DNA of 64,000 bases from the NCBI RefSeq assembly GCF_009914755.1, contig NC_060932.1. One strand, given 5' to 3'. Both the position numbers and the translations under genes were made by a program. The notes beneath the pieces are model-generated. The model did not search any database. It was not told where the DNA came from and saw only the letters and a program-made list of their open reading frames with translations. This stretch comes from the human T2T-CHM13v2.0 reference genome, Homo sapiens. Shown here piece after piece: positions 26,601 through 39,711 of the stretch (the stretch's first letter is position 1; each line of letters opens with the position of its first letter).

Positions 26601-27319
26601 AAATCTACCTATTTGTGAATTTTCTAGTTTTCTTTATTTTATTGATATCTATTGTCATCCCATTTGAGCTAAAGAAGATATTTTGTAAGATTTCAAACTT
26701 TTTAATTTATGGAGTAATGTTTTGTGGACTAATACATAATCTATCTTGGAAAATATTCCATTTGCAATTGAAAATATGTATTCTGTTTTTGCATGCTACC
26801 ATGCATATGTCCTTTAGGTCTGCTTGTTTTTTACTGTTGCTCAAATCCTCTATTCCTTATTAATTTTTCTCTTTAGTCCTATTCATTATTAAAAGTGGAG
26901 TATTAAAGTTTCCAATCATTATCATAGAACAATTTGTCCCATCAACTCTCTCAGTGTATGTTTCATATGTATTGAGAGTCTATTTTTTGGAGCATATATG
27001 TTCATAATTTTTATATCTTCAAGATGGATTTGAATTTTATTATTATATAATGTTGTTTTGTCCCCTGTAAAAAAAATTAACTTAAGGTCTATTTTGTTCT
27101 GATATTAGTTTAGCTGTCCTAGCTCTTAATTGGTTACCATTTGCATTGAATATATTTTCTCATTCTTTTTCTCTCAACTTATCTGTTTAATTGGATCTAA
27201 AGTGAGTCTTTTGTAGACAATATGTAGTGGTTTCATATATGTTTTAAAATTTATCTGCCAACCTCTGCCTTTAAATTAAAAAGTTTAGTTCATTTACTTT
27301 TAAGGTATATAAACCCTAA

Positions 27320-27710
27320 TGGTATATATTTTATTTAATTAGTCTTTAGTTATGCCCACAATGTTTTATAGATTTGAACATACAGGCCTTGCACTTGTTT
27401 TTTTCAGATTTATTTTCATGTATTATTTTTGGTCCTATTATAAGTAGTGTTGTTTTAAAATATGACCCCCAGTAAATGTTGCTAATATTTTGAAGCAAAA
27501 TCAGTTTTATTGTTCTTTTATACTTAAAAGTTTTTAAAATTAGGTGTTAGCTCTAGTAGCACTTTAACAGTCATCTAATTTTCAAAATAGACAATCATGT
27601 TGTCTGCATATAAAAACAGCTTTATTTCTTTTTAAAACAAATCTGAATCCTCTTTGATTTCTTAACTCCCTTATTGCACTGGCTAGAACATCCAGTTCAA
27701 TGCTAAGGAC
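27320..27710 (-). mobile_element. Separate old L1M ORF2 fragment
   Basis: 'cttattgcactggctagaacatccagttcaatgct' and 'agacaatcatgttgtctgca' are antisense RT-region text. Confidence 0.7.
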
Positions 27711-28186
27711 ATGGGAGACCATTTGTTGATATGTTAAATATTTTTTATGAATCAGGACTTAAAATTCTGACTAGAGCACCTGGAATTCATTGGAATACAC
27801 TCTAGGAATAATTACTTAAAATGTAATATATGGCAATGTCCTGCAGTAAATGCCAGAATTTTCTTGCCTAAGTGATGAGAAAGCAATCAAAAGACTCACA
27901 GAGGTGAAAATAATAGAATGAGTTTATAATAACACATGGAACCATTTTCTTAAAAAGCTCATGAGTAGCTCTCCTCTTTAGGCCAAGGTTGATAATAGAG
28001 CATGGTACCATGGAACTTAGCTTCTTAGTAATCAGGATCTAAGAATTATAGAATTCCATATTAGTAGATTCTAAGTAGCAGAATTCACTCTTTGAGACAA
28101 ATGCTAAAAGTTATTCTAATGGACAGCAAGATTGAAATAGAAGCCCAGGTGCCTTCAACTACAGAAATCTGTGATACTCACTATTA

Positions 28187-28350
28187 TAGTGGTTCTGAAA
28201 CTTTAAAAATCATATAAACTATATGAGAGTATTTTTTGAAATATAGATTATAATTCAAGATATCTGGTTTGAGACCTGAGATTCTGAAGTTCTAACAAGT
28301 TCTCATATGATGCTACTGCTGCTGATATATCACACTTTGATTAGCAGAGG
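28187..28350. mobile_element. MER5A-like hAT-Charlie MITE
   Basis: 'tagtggttctgaaact...tctaacaagttctcatatgatgctactgctgctg...cacactttgattagca'. Confidence 0.7.
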
Positions 28351-28432
28351 AATAATTAATAGAATGTAGTGTTTCTAGGGGATGGATGAATGTGCAGTTG
28401 ACTAGAGGTTAACCTGACATGTTTAAACACCA

Positions 28433-28546
28433 CATCTCTCTCTCTATCTCTCTATCTTTCTCTATAGATAGATATAGATAGATATTATATATAATATCTA
28501 TACATATTATATACATATTATATGTATATATATCACATATATATGT
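28433..28546. repeat. (TC)n/(TA)n low-complexity repeat
   Basis: Directly visible. Confidence 0.85.
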
Positions 28547-28849
28547 AAAACCATAAACCATAATGAGATAATGAGGGGTATGAAGAATAAAGCTGTGTCA
28601 GATCTCAAATAAGGAATTGAAATTCCTCACTTATTTCTAGGACAATTATCAGATCCAGAGGATACTGCTTAAAGTAGAAGCTAGATTTCCTTGAGAATTA
28701 ATACCAAACATAAATGTTAAAAAAATAAGCATTTATCCAAAACTATACCAAAACATGATTTACAGACATTTATAACATTTATGCTATGAAAGAGAGATAC
28801 CTAAACTCTAGAAGGCTGTGGAATACAAGATATGATCAAGCACAAATAA

Positions 28850-31350
28850 ATCAGAGGGGCTGAAATACCATTATGACTAAAATTATTAAAACAATCTTGA
28901 TCGAAGTCCATTTCACAGCAGGTCCAATATGTTTCAATCTTTGATGCTGTAGTTACATTCAAATCACCAAATTCAAAATTGGATATTTAAACTTGGCACC
29001 TGTCAGACTCCTCACATTATGCCTGATGTGTAAAGTAAGAATAATTTTAATAGAAGCATTCAAGTGAAAATTAATCCACCCACCTTCCAGCCATTGTATT
29101 AAAATAGAAGAAATATTTTATCCCTTGTAGAATGTATGAAAGTAGTGACATATTCAAAGAATAAAATATAAAAAGGTGGTTCTCTATTATGTAATTATTC
29201 AATTCAGTTATATATCCTTCAACAATAAGATAGATCATGGTGGATTATTTTAGACTACCATAGTCTTCACTAAATTCTATCCAACCTTGAATTATATGTT
29301 CCTATTATGGCATTTTTACTGGTACAGATGAGTTTTGTCTCTGGGACTTGATAAAAAATAGTATTTATCAAGTCAATGTGTTCTCAATCCTTATCCATAA
29401 AGAAAATCTAAACCAGTTTGTGTTTCTTAGAAGAGAATATTAACTGTTTTGCTCTTCTACCATATTAATTCTCCTTCACATTATCCAAAGAGAAATTGAT
29501 CATTTCAAAATTCTGCACAACATGATTCTGTTACACTGTTTGTTGACATTAAGCAAGTACACCTGGTGAGCAGAAAAAAATTGATCATTTCAAAATTCTG
29601 CAGAACATGATTCTGGTACACTGTTTGTTGACATTAAACAAGTACACCTGGTGAGCAGAAAGTTGCATCTTCTCTGGATGCTTAAGATCCTCATAGACAG
29701 ATAATAACACTTTGATGAAATTTTGTGGGTTCACTGAGCTGAGAGTACTAGGATGTATTGTCTGTAGTAAGAACAAGACTTCGAACCTCTTAACTTATAA
29801 CTACTAAAAAATAGATACGTTACATGGTTGGCTTCTTTGCGTACTGGAAGCAGTATATTGCACACTTAAAAATGCTTCACTGCCACATTTCTAAAGCTGC
29901 CAGTTTTGAATAGAGTCCAGAAAAATAGAAGACTTTATAGTAAGCTCAAGCTGTGGTACAAGCAGCCCTTCCACTTGGACCATCTCATAAAGTAGGTATA
30001 ATAATGCTATGAGTATCTCTAGGTTAAAGGAAAATCTGTGAAATGTATGAAAATTCCTACGGAAAATAATTTTAGGTACTTAGTACATGTCTGAGGCAAG
30101 AGTCCTTTATAGTAGAGAACAGCTCAGAATGAACTTCTCAGCTTGTTACAAGACCCAGAGAGGTACCAATTACATTTATTCGATGTTAAGTAATTATGTG
30201 CTCAAAGTTGTCAATCAGGATCTAAGTATTATCAGAAGCACACACTCATAAAGTCAGGTAAACTTAGCAGAAATTATATAATGGAGTCAGTACATCTAGT
30301 GCTGGTCCTGAGAATGTTCAGAGGCTAATGAGTAAGTTGTATTAACAGATACTCCAGACTCCGTCACCAATCTCTGTTGCTCCAACATCAGCTCACATCT
30401 ACTTACTCTTGGCAAGTTTCATATGAACAACCAACAGAGGAAGAAGAATCTCGGACCTGGTGCATACATTTGTTGACTCCTTAGGCTTGTGCTACTAAAA
30501 ATGGACTACCCCACACAGCAAGCACACTCAGCTTTAACCTGAAGGAGAGCAAGGAAGGGAACATCTCCCATAGGTCTGCAAGTACTGCTCTTAGCAAATT
30601 AGTTTGTATGGAGAGAGAATTTCCCTGAAATTCAGAGGTAGATGGACTCAAGGGAAATAGTGAATGGATTGACTGGCTTGTTGGGAGCTGAAAGGGTAAA
30701 AATTTGATATCAGGGCAAGAATGTATGGGAAAGAGATATGCAGAGGGCCCTATTTAATTGACGGAAAGCAAACACATCTCATAAGGTATACAGAAGAACC
30801 ACTCAGTAACCAGGTAGACAGATCTGTGAAATCTATGGAAATCCCTACAAAAAATAGATACTTAATACATGTAACTAGGCCAGTGGTTATGAACTAGTCT
30901 GTTTTTTTTTTATTACACAACCCAATAGTTGTGTAATAGTCCTATAAACAGAGTTGATACAGTGATAGAAGTTATACACAGACTTTACTGGATGCTGACC
31001 TTCTCACAAATGCTGGTCATGCTACTGCCACTGCTGATTGTCCAAACTGTCAGCAGTTAAACAACTCAGTCCACTCAATATGGTGCTACTCCTTAATGAA
31101 ACAAGCCAACATTCAGTCTCAGGTTAATTATAGTAAAACATATCCGTCCTGTAAAAGACAGAGATTCATACTTCTGGGAGTTATTATAAATTCCAGAAAT
31201 TACTTGTCTTATTTGTACAAAGTATCACTGCCATCATCCCTATTGCAATTATAAGGAATGTCTAATTACTGATATAAGATTTTATGTAATAGCTCTCAGA
31301 AATAAGGAAAAAATTTATAGCAAAGATGTACTACAATGGACAAAAGGTGA
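28850..31350 (+). mobile_element. Decayed ERVL internal region (ERV3-16A3-like pol: RT, RNaseH, integrase)
   Basis: Degenerate peptides SWWIILDYHSL (~29235, cf. WRMTVDYRKLN), FSILIHKENLNQFVF (29381, cf. FSIPIHKDHQKQFAF) and integrase CxxC ATATADCPNCQQ (31021). Many stops and frameshifts; may extend left to ~27720. Confidence 0.75.
29493..29661. repeat. Tandem duplication, period 85 bp, two copies
   Basis: 'aaattgatcatttcaaaattctgca...cctggtgagcagaaa' at 29493-29576 and 29578-29661; 3 substitutions. Confidence 0.97.
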
Positions 31351-31399
31351 GGAGATGAGAACAGCACTGTTGTCTATATGTGCATATATATACACACAC

Positions 31400-31585
31400 A
31401 TGAAATTTTATGGGTTCAGTGAGCTGGGGGTACTAGGATATATTGTCTGTAGTAAAGGACAAGCCTTTGAACCTCTTACATTATAACTACTAAAAATGGA
31501 TATATTGCATAGTTGGCTTCTTTGCATACTGGAAGCAGTATATTCCACACTTAAAAATGCTTCTCTGTTGCATTTCTAAAGATGC
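31400..31585 (+). repeat. Dispersed direct copy of 29715-29900, embedded in a TA/CA/TG microsatellite
   Basis: Manual alignment gives about 24 differences over ~186 bp; microsatellite on both sides (31375-31400 and 31586-31702). Confidence 0.95.
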
Positions 31586-31766
31586 ACATATATGTGTGTA
31601 TATATATATGCATGCATGTGTGTATATATATATGTGAACATATATGTGTGTATATTTATGCATGTATATATTACAGATGTAGCTATATACATATAATATA
31701 TATTAATAAATTGGATTTTATATAGGAAATGGGTATATCTAAAGGACAAAAGAAGTAAACTAGGAT

Positions 31767-32281
31767 GTAGGAAATTAATAAATATCTCGTATTTTCTTAG
31801 CCTTCATTTTGTTCCAGTCATTGCTTTGGCAATAGATTTCAATTCGGTATAGTCTGGAAGCAGCACCTTTTCTCAACTGCAACAGATATCTGTAGCTTTC
31901 TGTCTTAAAGGCATTTTCCCAGTGAGTAAATAAACTTTTTGCATTAGTCTCCACAGGAACTTTTGTCAAACCTAAAAATGCAAGGGTATGAAAACCCTGG
32001 GAATAAGTATTGATCAATGGGAAAAGGAGTCAGTGACAAATACTTTCTTCTATATGTCAGGTAGACAATTCTGAGATCCATTTTTGGTTCCTCAGATAGT
32101 CCTAAAGGATGTCGAATTCCAATTGTCCCTAGATTAACAATACAATTAGGATTTGCTTTCATTTAATCTATTTTCCCTTTTCCAAGTCTCCTAATCATGT
32201 TCTTTGGAATAATTTTCTTTAAAAAGTATTTTAATATAAGCTCTCACCTTAAATTCTGTGATTAGAGAAATAAACTCATAA
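31767..32281 (+). mobile_element. LTR16-family LTR, probably the 3' LTR of the ERVL remnant
   Basis: 'ttgatcaatgggaaaaggagtcagtgacaaatac...gacaattctgagatccattt...ttcctcagatagtcc' follows LTR16C/E order; preceded by a purine-rich tract. Confidence 0.7.
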
Positions 32282-33139
32282 ACTCTTGAAACCAATAATT
32301 GATGTATTAAAAACTCAGCTTAGGACTAGTGGAAAAAGTATGTTTTCGCCATTGGTCAAAGAGAGATGCTGTTAGTCAAGTCATAAAATAGAAATACAAC
32401 TGAGAGATGGAATACTTAGAAAATAACTTTTTCATAAGTACAACACAATAAACTGTCAAGATGATCAATCATATTTTGCTGCATGCATAAAGACAAATTT
32501 GAAAGAGATCTAAATTTAAAAAATTAGCTAAATATAGAAGAGCCATAAAATACAGGCTTTTCCCACAGGGAGTTTGGATAGGTGGTAAACTCTACCAAGT
32601 AATAATTTAAAACCAAAATCAACAAAAAGTGGATTAAGAACCCTATGGTGGAAGATAAAAACAATTAAGCAATGTGAAATCAAGAGCTTTTTGTACAAAA
32701 CTGCATGTACTATAGAATAGAAATGATCACATTCTCTGTTATTAGCTATGTGCTAAATGATCTGTATTTATACTTTGATTCACGCTAAAAAAAATGAAAG
32801 AAATAGTGGATAATTATCTAATCAAAATATTTAGAATAATTGTCCTAGCATGATAATTTTATTTTCAAAATATTCTTTTGGCAGGGAGTATATTTTTATA
32901 TTCTTTTTAGTCTCTTACGAAAGCTCTTTTAGTCTTTCAGGAGATACACAAACACACATATCCATACACACATATACATACATATGTATATATAGTGTAT
33001 ACATGCTTATAATACATATAGGCACATATAATATAAAAATAGATACATTTTGGTATACTCTAGATGAATATGTTTGTGTATGTGTACATATTGCATTCAC
33101 AGATATATCATTATTAATACTTACCTCATTTTCTAGAAA

Positions 33140-33466
33140 TTTCTTGTTTTTTGTTTTGTTTTGTTTTTTTGTTTTTTTTGAGACAGCCTCGCTCTGTTGC
33201 CCAGGCTGGAGTGCAGTGGCAGGATCTTGCTGACTGCAAGCTCCACCTCCCGGGTTCACGCCATTCTCCCGCCTCAGCCTCCCGAGTAACTGGGACTACA
33301 GGCACCCGCCACCATGCCTGGCTAATTTTTATTTTTTTTTTTTGTATTTTTAGTAGAGGCGGGGTTTCACCGTGTTAGCTAGGATGGTATTGATCTCCTG
33401 ACCTCGTGATCCGTCCGCCTTGGCCTCCCAAAGTGCTGAGATTACAGGCGTGAACCACCACACCTG
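33140..33466 (-). mobile_element. AluY
   Basis: 'tgcaagctccacctcccgggttcacgccattc' and 'ccgtgttagctaggatgg'; (TTTTG)n tail. Confidence 0.94.
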
Positions 33467-34349
33467 TAAACCACCACACCTGTAAAAGGGGACTTATGTG
33501 GATTGCTTGAGGTACATGTGTGACCTTAAAGAGGCTATCCTTAGGGTAAATGGAAAGGTAGGGATTAGGTGAATTTGATTATTCATTTGTAGGAAAATGA
33601 GAGTATTCCTGTGGTATGTTTTCAGTTTACTCTGAGAAAGATATTAGCATAGTGATATTCTGTATCCAGGTGTTAATGTCATCCAAATGAGAAGTACATC
33701 AACAAAATGTTAAATTTAATATATATTTTAACTGTATATAACTTTTTGAAATATTTATCGTCAAATTGTACCTTTATATATAACTTTGTGTATTGCATAG
33801 ATATTTTTGTCCCAGCCTTTATATGTCTACAGGAGTATCTAGAGGCAAAATAATATATGCCACCTACTGTCTTGATGTTAGTGGCACAGAACTGGTTTCC
33901 CACTGGGCCCCAAGAAGGATCTTGATCTTACTGGAGGTCAATGTAAAAGAGGTTACATGTGACAAATAGACCCAGGCTAAAAATCAAAAATGGGTTTGAG
34001 AAAGAAAACAAAAGTCAACTAATCTTTATTGAGAGAAAATATCACAAAATTAGAGATTCAAGGAAAACATACGTATTATTTCAAATATTATTTTGAGAAG
34101 AGGAAATCTTAGATGACTATGGCTATTATTAATGAACATGTCTAACCTCTTCATAGTCATTGTAGCCTAATTAGCTAGGGTGGTCTTATATTTGATGCAT
34201 ATTATTCTGTCTTTGAATTGTCTCATAGGAACACAAATGCATAGGACCACATAGGCTGCAAATTTGGTTTTACTATGTTACATTTAAAATGCACATGTAT
34301 ATCTTGGTATGGTTTGTTTGAAGGACATAAAAAGTGTTTTAAGAAATTT

Positions 34350-34530
34350 CACCCTTCACTGACACTCCTGCTTCCATCCTGCTTACTGCATACATCTCAT
34401 CAGTTTGAATCCCAAATCAATACTCCATCAAAACTGCTATTTCTCAACTTGCTAACAAATTTCTTACTGCTAAGTCCAAAGATTAATTTGACACCTACCC
34501 TGTCTGTCTTCTTAGCAGTTTCTGAAAACT
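34350..34530 (+). mobile_element. L2 fragment
   Basis: 'ctccatcaaaactgct...tactgctaagtccaa...cttagcagtttctga'. Confidence 0.5.
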
Positions 34531-34599
34531 CTGTTATACAAAAATACATTTAAAAAATAATAGATATAAAAGTACCACAATACTTGAGATTTATCCTAA

Positions 34600-36500
34600 G
34601 TCTGTGATAGATGTCTTTGCATTTCCAAAAACTGCTTTTGTGTGTATTTATGTAGCATTTTTTATTTTTATTTTCTCAAAAACTCTCATTATATTTAGAT
34701 TTATATTTCCATAAAAGATGATGTATAAGAATTCTTTAAAGCCTACAACATTTTGTTCTTTACTTTGAATATTTAGTTCATTCTCATTAACTGCAAAACC
34801 TGATATATTGTGTTTAACTATTACATCTTATTATTCCCTTCCTTTAAGTTTAAATTGTCTCACATTTTTATATTTAAAAAATTAATCTGGCTAATTTTTA
34901 ACTTACAATTGATTTTTTAAATCGCTCTTCATTCATTCTATAACATTTTTGGTATATTCATTTATTACTTTTTTGAGTGATTACCATTGGCTTTTAAAGT
35001 CTAATATGTATTGTTACTTTTACAACTTTCTAGATGATGCAAGGACTTTTGGACACTTTGAATCCATGCAACTTTCCACATCTCATATGCTACCTGTGTT
35101 TTTACTCTCTGTAGTATTTAAAACCAGTAAGATGTTATTTTTAATCCAGTCAATACTTTCATGACAACATATTTACCCTTTATGAATTTCTGAGTATCCG
35201 TCTGGTTCAGTCTGCATGTAATGTATTTCCTCTGATTTTGACTGGCAAAAAAAAAAAAAAATGTGTTGCATTTAATTAATCCAGCATCCTTTTATTGGAT
35301 ATATCATTCTTATTTTCTTTTAACACATTAAAATTGCCATTTCTTTTTTCGGCATCTACTTTTTCTATCGAGAATGCTGTCAGTATATTTTCTAGTCATG
35401 TGAACATAATATGTATTTTTGTCCTGTGGCTTCTTTAAAAATTTTGTATTTGATTTGATTTTCAGATATTTTTCTATATTTTGAGGAGTTTCTTTGATTT
35501 GCTGCTGCTTGTAGTGGCTACTTGATATCTTTTTTTTTTTTTTCATCGGTTTGGGTAAAATGTTGGCCTTTATTCCTTCAAACATTTTTATTTTCTGGTA
35601 TTTTGTCTCCTTTCTTTTCCTAGAATTCCAATTATATGTATGCTTGACCTTTTCATATGTTTTGGACTGAGTTTTGTTTTCCTCTCTCTAATTGATATGT
35701 TAAGCCTTAAACCCAATGTGACTGTATTTGGAGACAGTGCCTTTAAAGGGGTAATTAAGGCTTAATGAGATCATAAGGGTGAAAGTAGCAACTCAGCAAG
35801 AGAGGCCTCAGGAGAAACCAAACCTGCCAACCCCTATTTATATGCATTTTACATCATTTAGTTCCTCTATGCTTTATTCCCTTTTTTTGCTTCACAAGAT
35901 TTTCCTTATTTGTATTAAATCTACTGTTAGATTAAATCATTAATAATTAAATCAAGTCATTGAATTCTGAATTTTTTGTATGTTTTGTTTTATTTGGCTT
36001 GTTCTTTTTTAGAGTTTCCAGTTTTCTGAGAAATGATTTTTCTTGGCTATAGTCTATTGAAACATATTAAGGATAGTTGTATTAATATTATTTTTATCAT
36101 ATTTCCATTATCAAGAACCTCTAGGTAACTATTTTCATTTTAGTTCTTTTCTTTGTTTACTCATATCTTAGAAAGCCTCGCTATCTTAAACTGAGTTTTG
36201 GATAGTGTATGAGGAAAGAGTAGAGATTATTGCAGATGTTGGATAATAGCTTCATACAGAGATAATTTATGTTTGCTGGAGTCTAAATGCAATAACAACA
36301 CCAGATGATTCTAGTTTATCGTGGAGGTTAAAATAATTGAAGCTTGAGTTTAGTTTCCTTAAAACCAGGCAATCTCTACTTCATTCCATGGTTGTATCCT
36401 TTTCGGTTCCATTTAAAAATATGTAAAGGGAAGCATTAGTTTCAACACATTCGGTGGACTATGAAATTAAAAAATGTGTCTCCCTCAACCAAAAGGAGAA
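34600..36500 (-). mobile_element. Very old L1ME/HAL1-like 5' region fragments
   Basis: T-rich antisense ORF1-like text, e.g. 'ctagaattccaattatatgtatgcttgacc'; highly diverged, boundaries approximate. Confidence 0.5.
35658..35833 (+). mobile_element. MLT1B-like LTR fragment with internal deletion
   Basis: 'cccaatgtgactgtatttggagacagtgcctttaaaggggtaattaagg' joined to 'agagaggcctcaggagaaaccaaacctgcc'. Confidence 0.8.
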
Positions 36501-36642
36501 TTAAAAGAGCCGCCAAGATTCTCAGCCACCACTTTACTATTGCACGTTTTAATTTTCTTCTTTTTCTGCTATTTTAAATTTTTATTAAGTGTTGGCAAAT
36601 ATACATAGGTGTATAGTTCATTAGATTATTTTGTGTTGGTGG

Positions 36643-36744
36643 TTTTTTTAAATTATACTTTAAGTTCTGGGGAATGTGTGCACAATGTACAGGTTTGTTA
36701 CATAGGTATACACCTGCCATGGTGGTTTGTTGCACCCATCAACT
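36643..36744 (-). mobile_element. Short L1PA 3' end
   Basis: 'ttatactttaagttctgggg...caggtttgttacataggtata...gcacccatcaac'. Confidence 0.88.
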
Positions 36745-37429
36745 ATTGCAGATTTTTCTAAGAGAAAAGTTTCCCGAAATTATGGCCTCAATTTATTGTA
36801 AGCAAAATATATATATTTGAATCTAGCATTTCGTCCTTGTTTTGCAAAGAGTTAGATTTCTGATGATTTCAGTAAGATGTTTTAAAGATTTAATTAAACG
36901 TCCTCATTGTTTTCTGCCAGCTAGTTAGTCTAAGTGAACTAGGCTTCCATTTTTGGAAAGAAATCCATTTTATAATAGACTTAAGGTGAAGAAAAGTGTC
37001 TTTTCAATTATACTTATTTTTATTAGAGACAGGTAAAAATAAATACTCAACATACTTATGGAAACTTAATATAGTAAGGCTATTTTAGATTCCTATTGTT
37101 AGAGTATATATTCTTTTGTTTTCTTTCACACTGTTGACCATGATAGAGTATATATTCTTTCTTTAAAATCTCATTGCACTATGTGGACTCTTTGAAAAAG
37201 AAATACATTGGCAGAATGTGGTAACATACAATATGGATATATCAATATGTTTTAACTCACATCACAGGCTCCATGTGTACCCTCGTTAATGGACTGTTAA
37301 GACTGGATGGCACATATAGATATTGACATTATAAAAAATTAAACATTCAGGAAATGACTAATGAGAAATATTTCCTTCTGAAAAAAATTGTTGAGAACTT
37401 CTTTCTTTAATTTTTTATTTCATATTTAT

Positions 37430-37830
37430 GCTCCAGCAAATTATCTTTGTGATTTCCAGTAACAGTAAGACACTGGACTACATTGTTTATTGCTATTCTT
37501 TTGATAAGACTGTCCTTTCTACCTTACCTAGCTTTTTCCTTTATTTTCATTTCATTCGGCTAATGCCAACTCACTTTTAATGCTTATGTCATGTATAGTC
37601 CTCCTCAGGAAAACTGTACTTACACCCATAACCATTACTCTAATCACCAACTGTATTGTGTCTGACTCACTGTTCTATTAGTACGGGGATACTTATCTCT
37701 ATCATGGGAGTAATGATACCAATTTATAATACATTTATTCCTCTACATTCCACTTGAGAGAAGGAAATGTTTACTAATCCTAAAATTAATTTTTGTTGAC
37801 TAAACAATAGGTGAATTAATGAAAAAATGC
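37430..37830 (+). mobile_element. L2 3' fragment
   Basis: 'ggctaatgccaactcac...cctcctcaggaaaac' plus terminal 'ttgttgactaaac'; diverged. Confidence 0.45.
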
Positions 37831-39711
37831 TGATAATATTATGGAATCTGAGAGAAAATATTTCAAAAGGTAAGTTTTGTGTTTTTTTTTTAGAAAAAGT
37901 GTAAAGGATGATAAGAAATATGTAGAGTCGATAAATCATATTTTTCTTTGTATTTGGGAACATCAATGACATGCAACACGAATAACTGAGGGGTGCACAA
38001 ATAGACAACTTTTTTGAGAAGCCCAGTTGTGAACCAAAGTCCTCTCAACCATGACAAAGGCATGACAAAGTCAGTTGACAGTTAAGAGGCTTCGTCAAAA
38101 GACCAAAGAAGAATATTATGGGTGAAAATACTGCAGGAAAATTTTGCTTACTGTAGCATCATGTATAGATATAACAAAAATAAAATAATATTAAATAATT
38201 TTGAAAAGTTCTTTAATTAATTTCAATAAAGAGCATGACCATTTTGGTCCACTTAATGTAGAAGACAATGTATATAGAGAGGAGATGATAAAATCAGGTG
38301 GATTTATAATAAAAGAATAAAAAACTTAGATCACTAAAACAAAATGTACTCTACTAAATGTGTAGATACACTACAAAAAGTTAGCACTGAGCACCTCTAA
38401 GTTCATTTTGGACATTTACATCACAGTGGTTGTACATTACTAGACAAAACAATGTCTTTTCCATGTGTTTATTTATATAGGTAGCTACCATTGGTTTAGA
38501 AAAATTTATCTGAGAGAAATAATAACGCATATTTAGAAAATTATTGTTTTGTATATATATATTCAGTGTACTTTTATAGGTTCTCTTCTGCTTGGCTTTT
38601 TAAACTTTCTATTGGTTTATCATTTGATTTTATTTTCATTTTTACTTTTTTTTGCTTCATTTGGTCATAAAGGTAAATGCCATTGCATTTTAGAGCAGCA
38701 TTATTTTCAGGCCACCAATTATGTGCTGCTCTCTTTCCAGAAAGTCCTATGAAGTAGTAAAGAAGAGTGATAATTTGTGCTTCAAAAACACTTTGAAAAT
38801 ATTCAATCTATTTTATTTTAAATGTATTGTAGGAAAATTTTGTTTCACATTATGTAAGTGGTGAATATGGTTATTTGATAAAAGTATATGCTTTTCTATT
38901 GGCTGTAATTTTGTTCTTTAGAATGTAAATTGGTCTTTCATGTAAGAACAATATAAGTTTTCCCTCTGTACAATAGCACATTTTTCTTTTACTTAGTACT
39001 AAATTCAATCTGCCTTGCAAAATACTCAATTGTTTAAATATCTTATTCACCTTTATAAACCCGTCAGCAACTAGCAGTCTTGCACATATTTAGAAATTTG
39101 AAAAATGCTTATTTGAATAAAGTGAAAGGCTAAAAACAGTGAAAACTCTGTCAATTATAATCATTGTCTATGAAATACAGAACTTTTTTTCATAGAGAAT
39201 TGACATTTTTAGCATTAGATTTTAAGTGCACTTAAATCGAGAAAAATCCTTGTTCTATTCTGAATTTGTAATTTACTGTAAGTATATTTTGCTTGCATCT
39301 GATTCTCCACTAAGCCCCTGGCTCATATGCACACACTGTTTAAAAAATTTTTAATGCAGCCCTCTATTGAAAAAAGGGAATGGCCTATTTCTTGACTCCC
39401 TCCACACTTTGGCATTTCACACGCAATATTACCGTTCTTACTGAGCTTCTGATCTAGTCAGACTCCACTTTAAACTTGTTCATGGATAGATTCAACTATT
39501 AATTTTACTTGGCGTTAGTAAGAAGGATACACTATTAAAAGTAAATATTCATAGTCCAATTCATATTTAGTTCAAATATTTTTTCACTTTCATTATTTCA
39601 AGTAGATGTTTAGGTGATATTTTATTTAAAGCTTGACAATGAAATAATTATTTTTAATTATGTCTAACAGTCAAAGTAAGCATATGTGATAATTTTTAAT
39701 ATATGTTATAT

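Larger units (their letters stand above)
22908..27305 (-). mobile_element. L1MB-like element, 3'UTR through most of ORF2
   Basis: L1MB 3' end 'ttgaggtaaaattcacattaacataaaatttacc...ctgtacccattaaacagtcac'; continuous antisense ORF2 to the endonuclease region near 27300. Confidence 0.88.

Noticed and set aside
32330-32680. Possible old L1 endonuclease-region fragment on the plus strand
   Set aside because: Only scattered motif similarity; boundaries not supportable.
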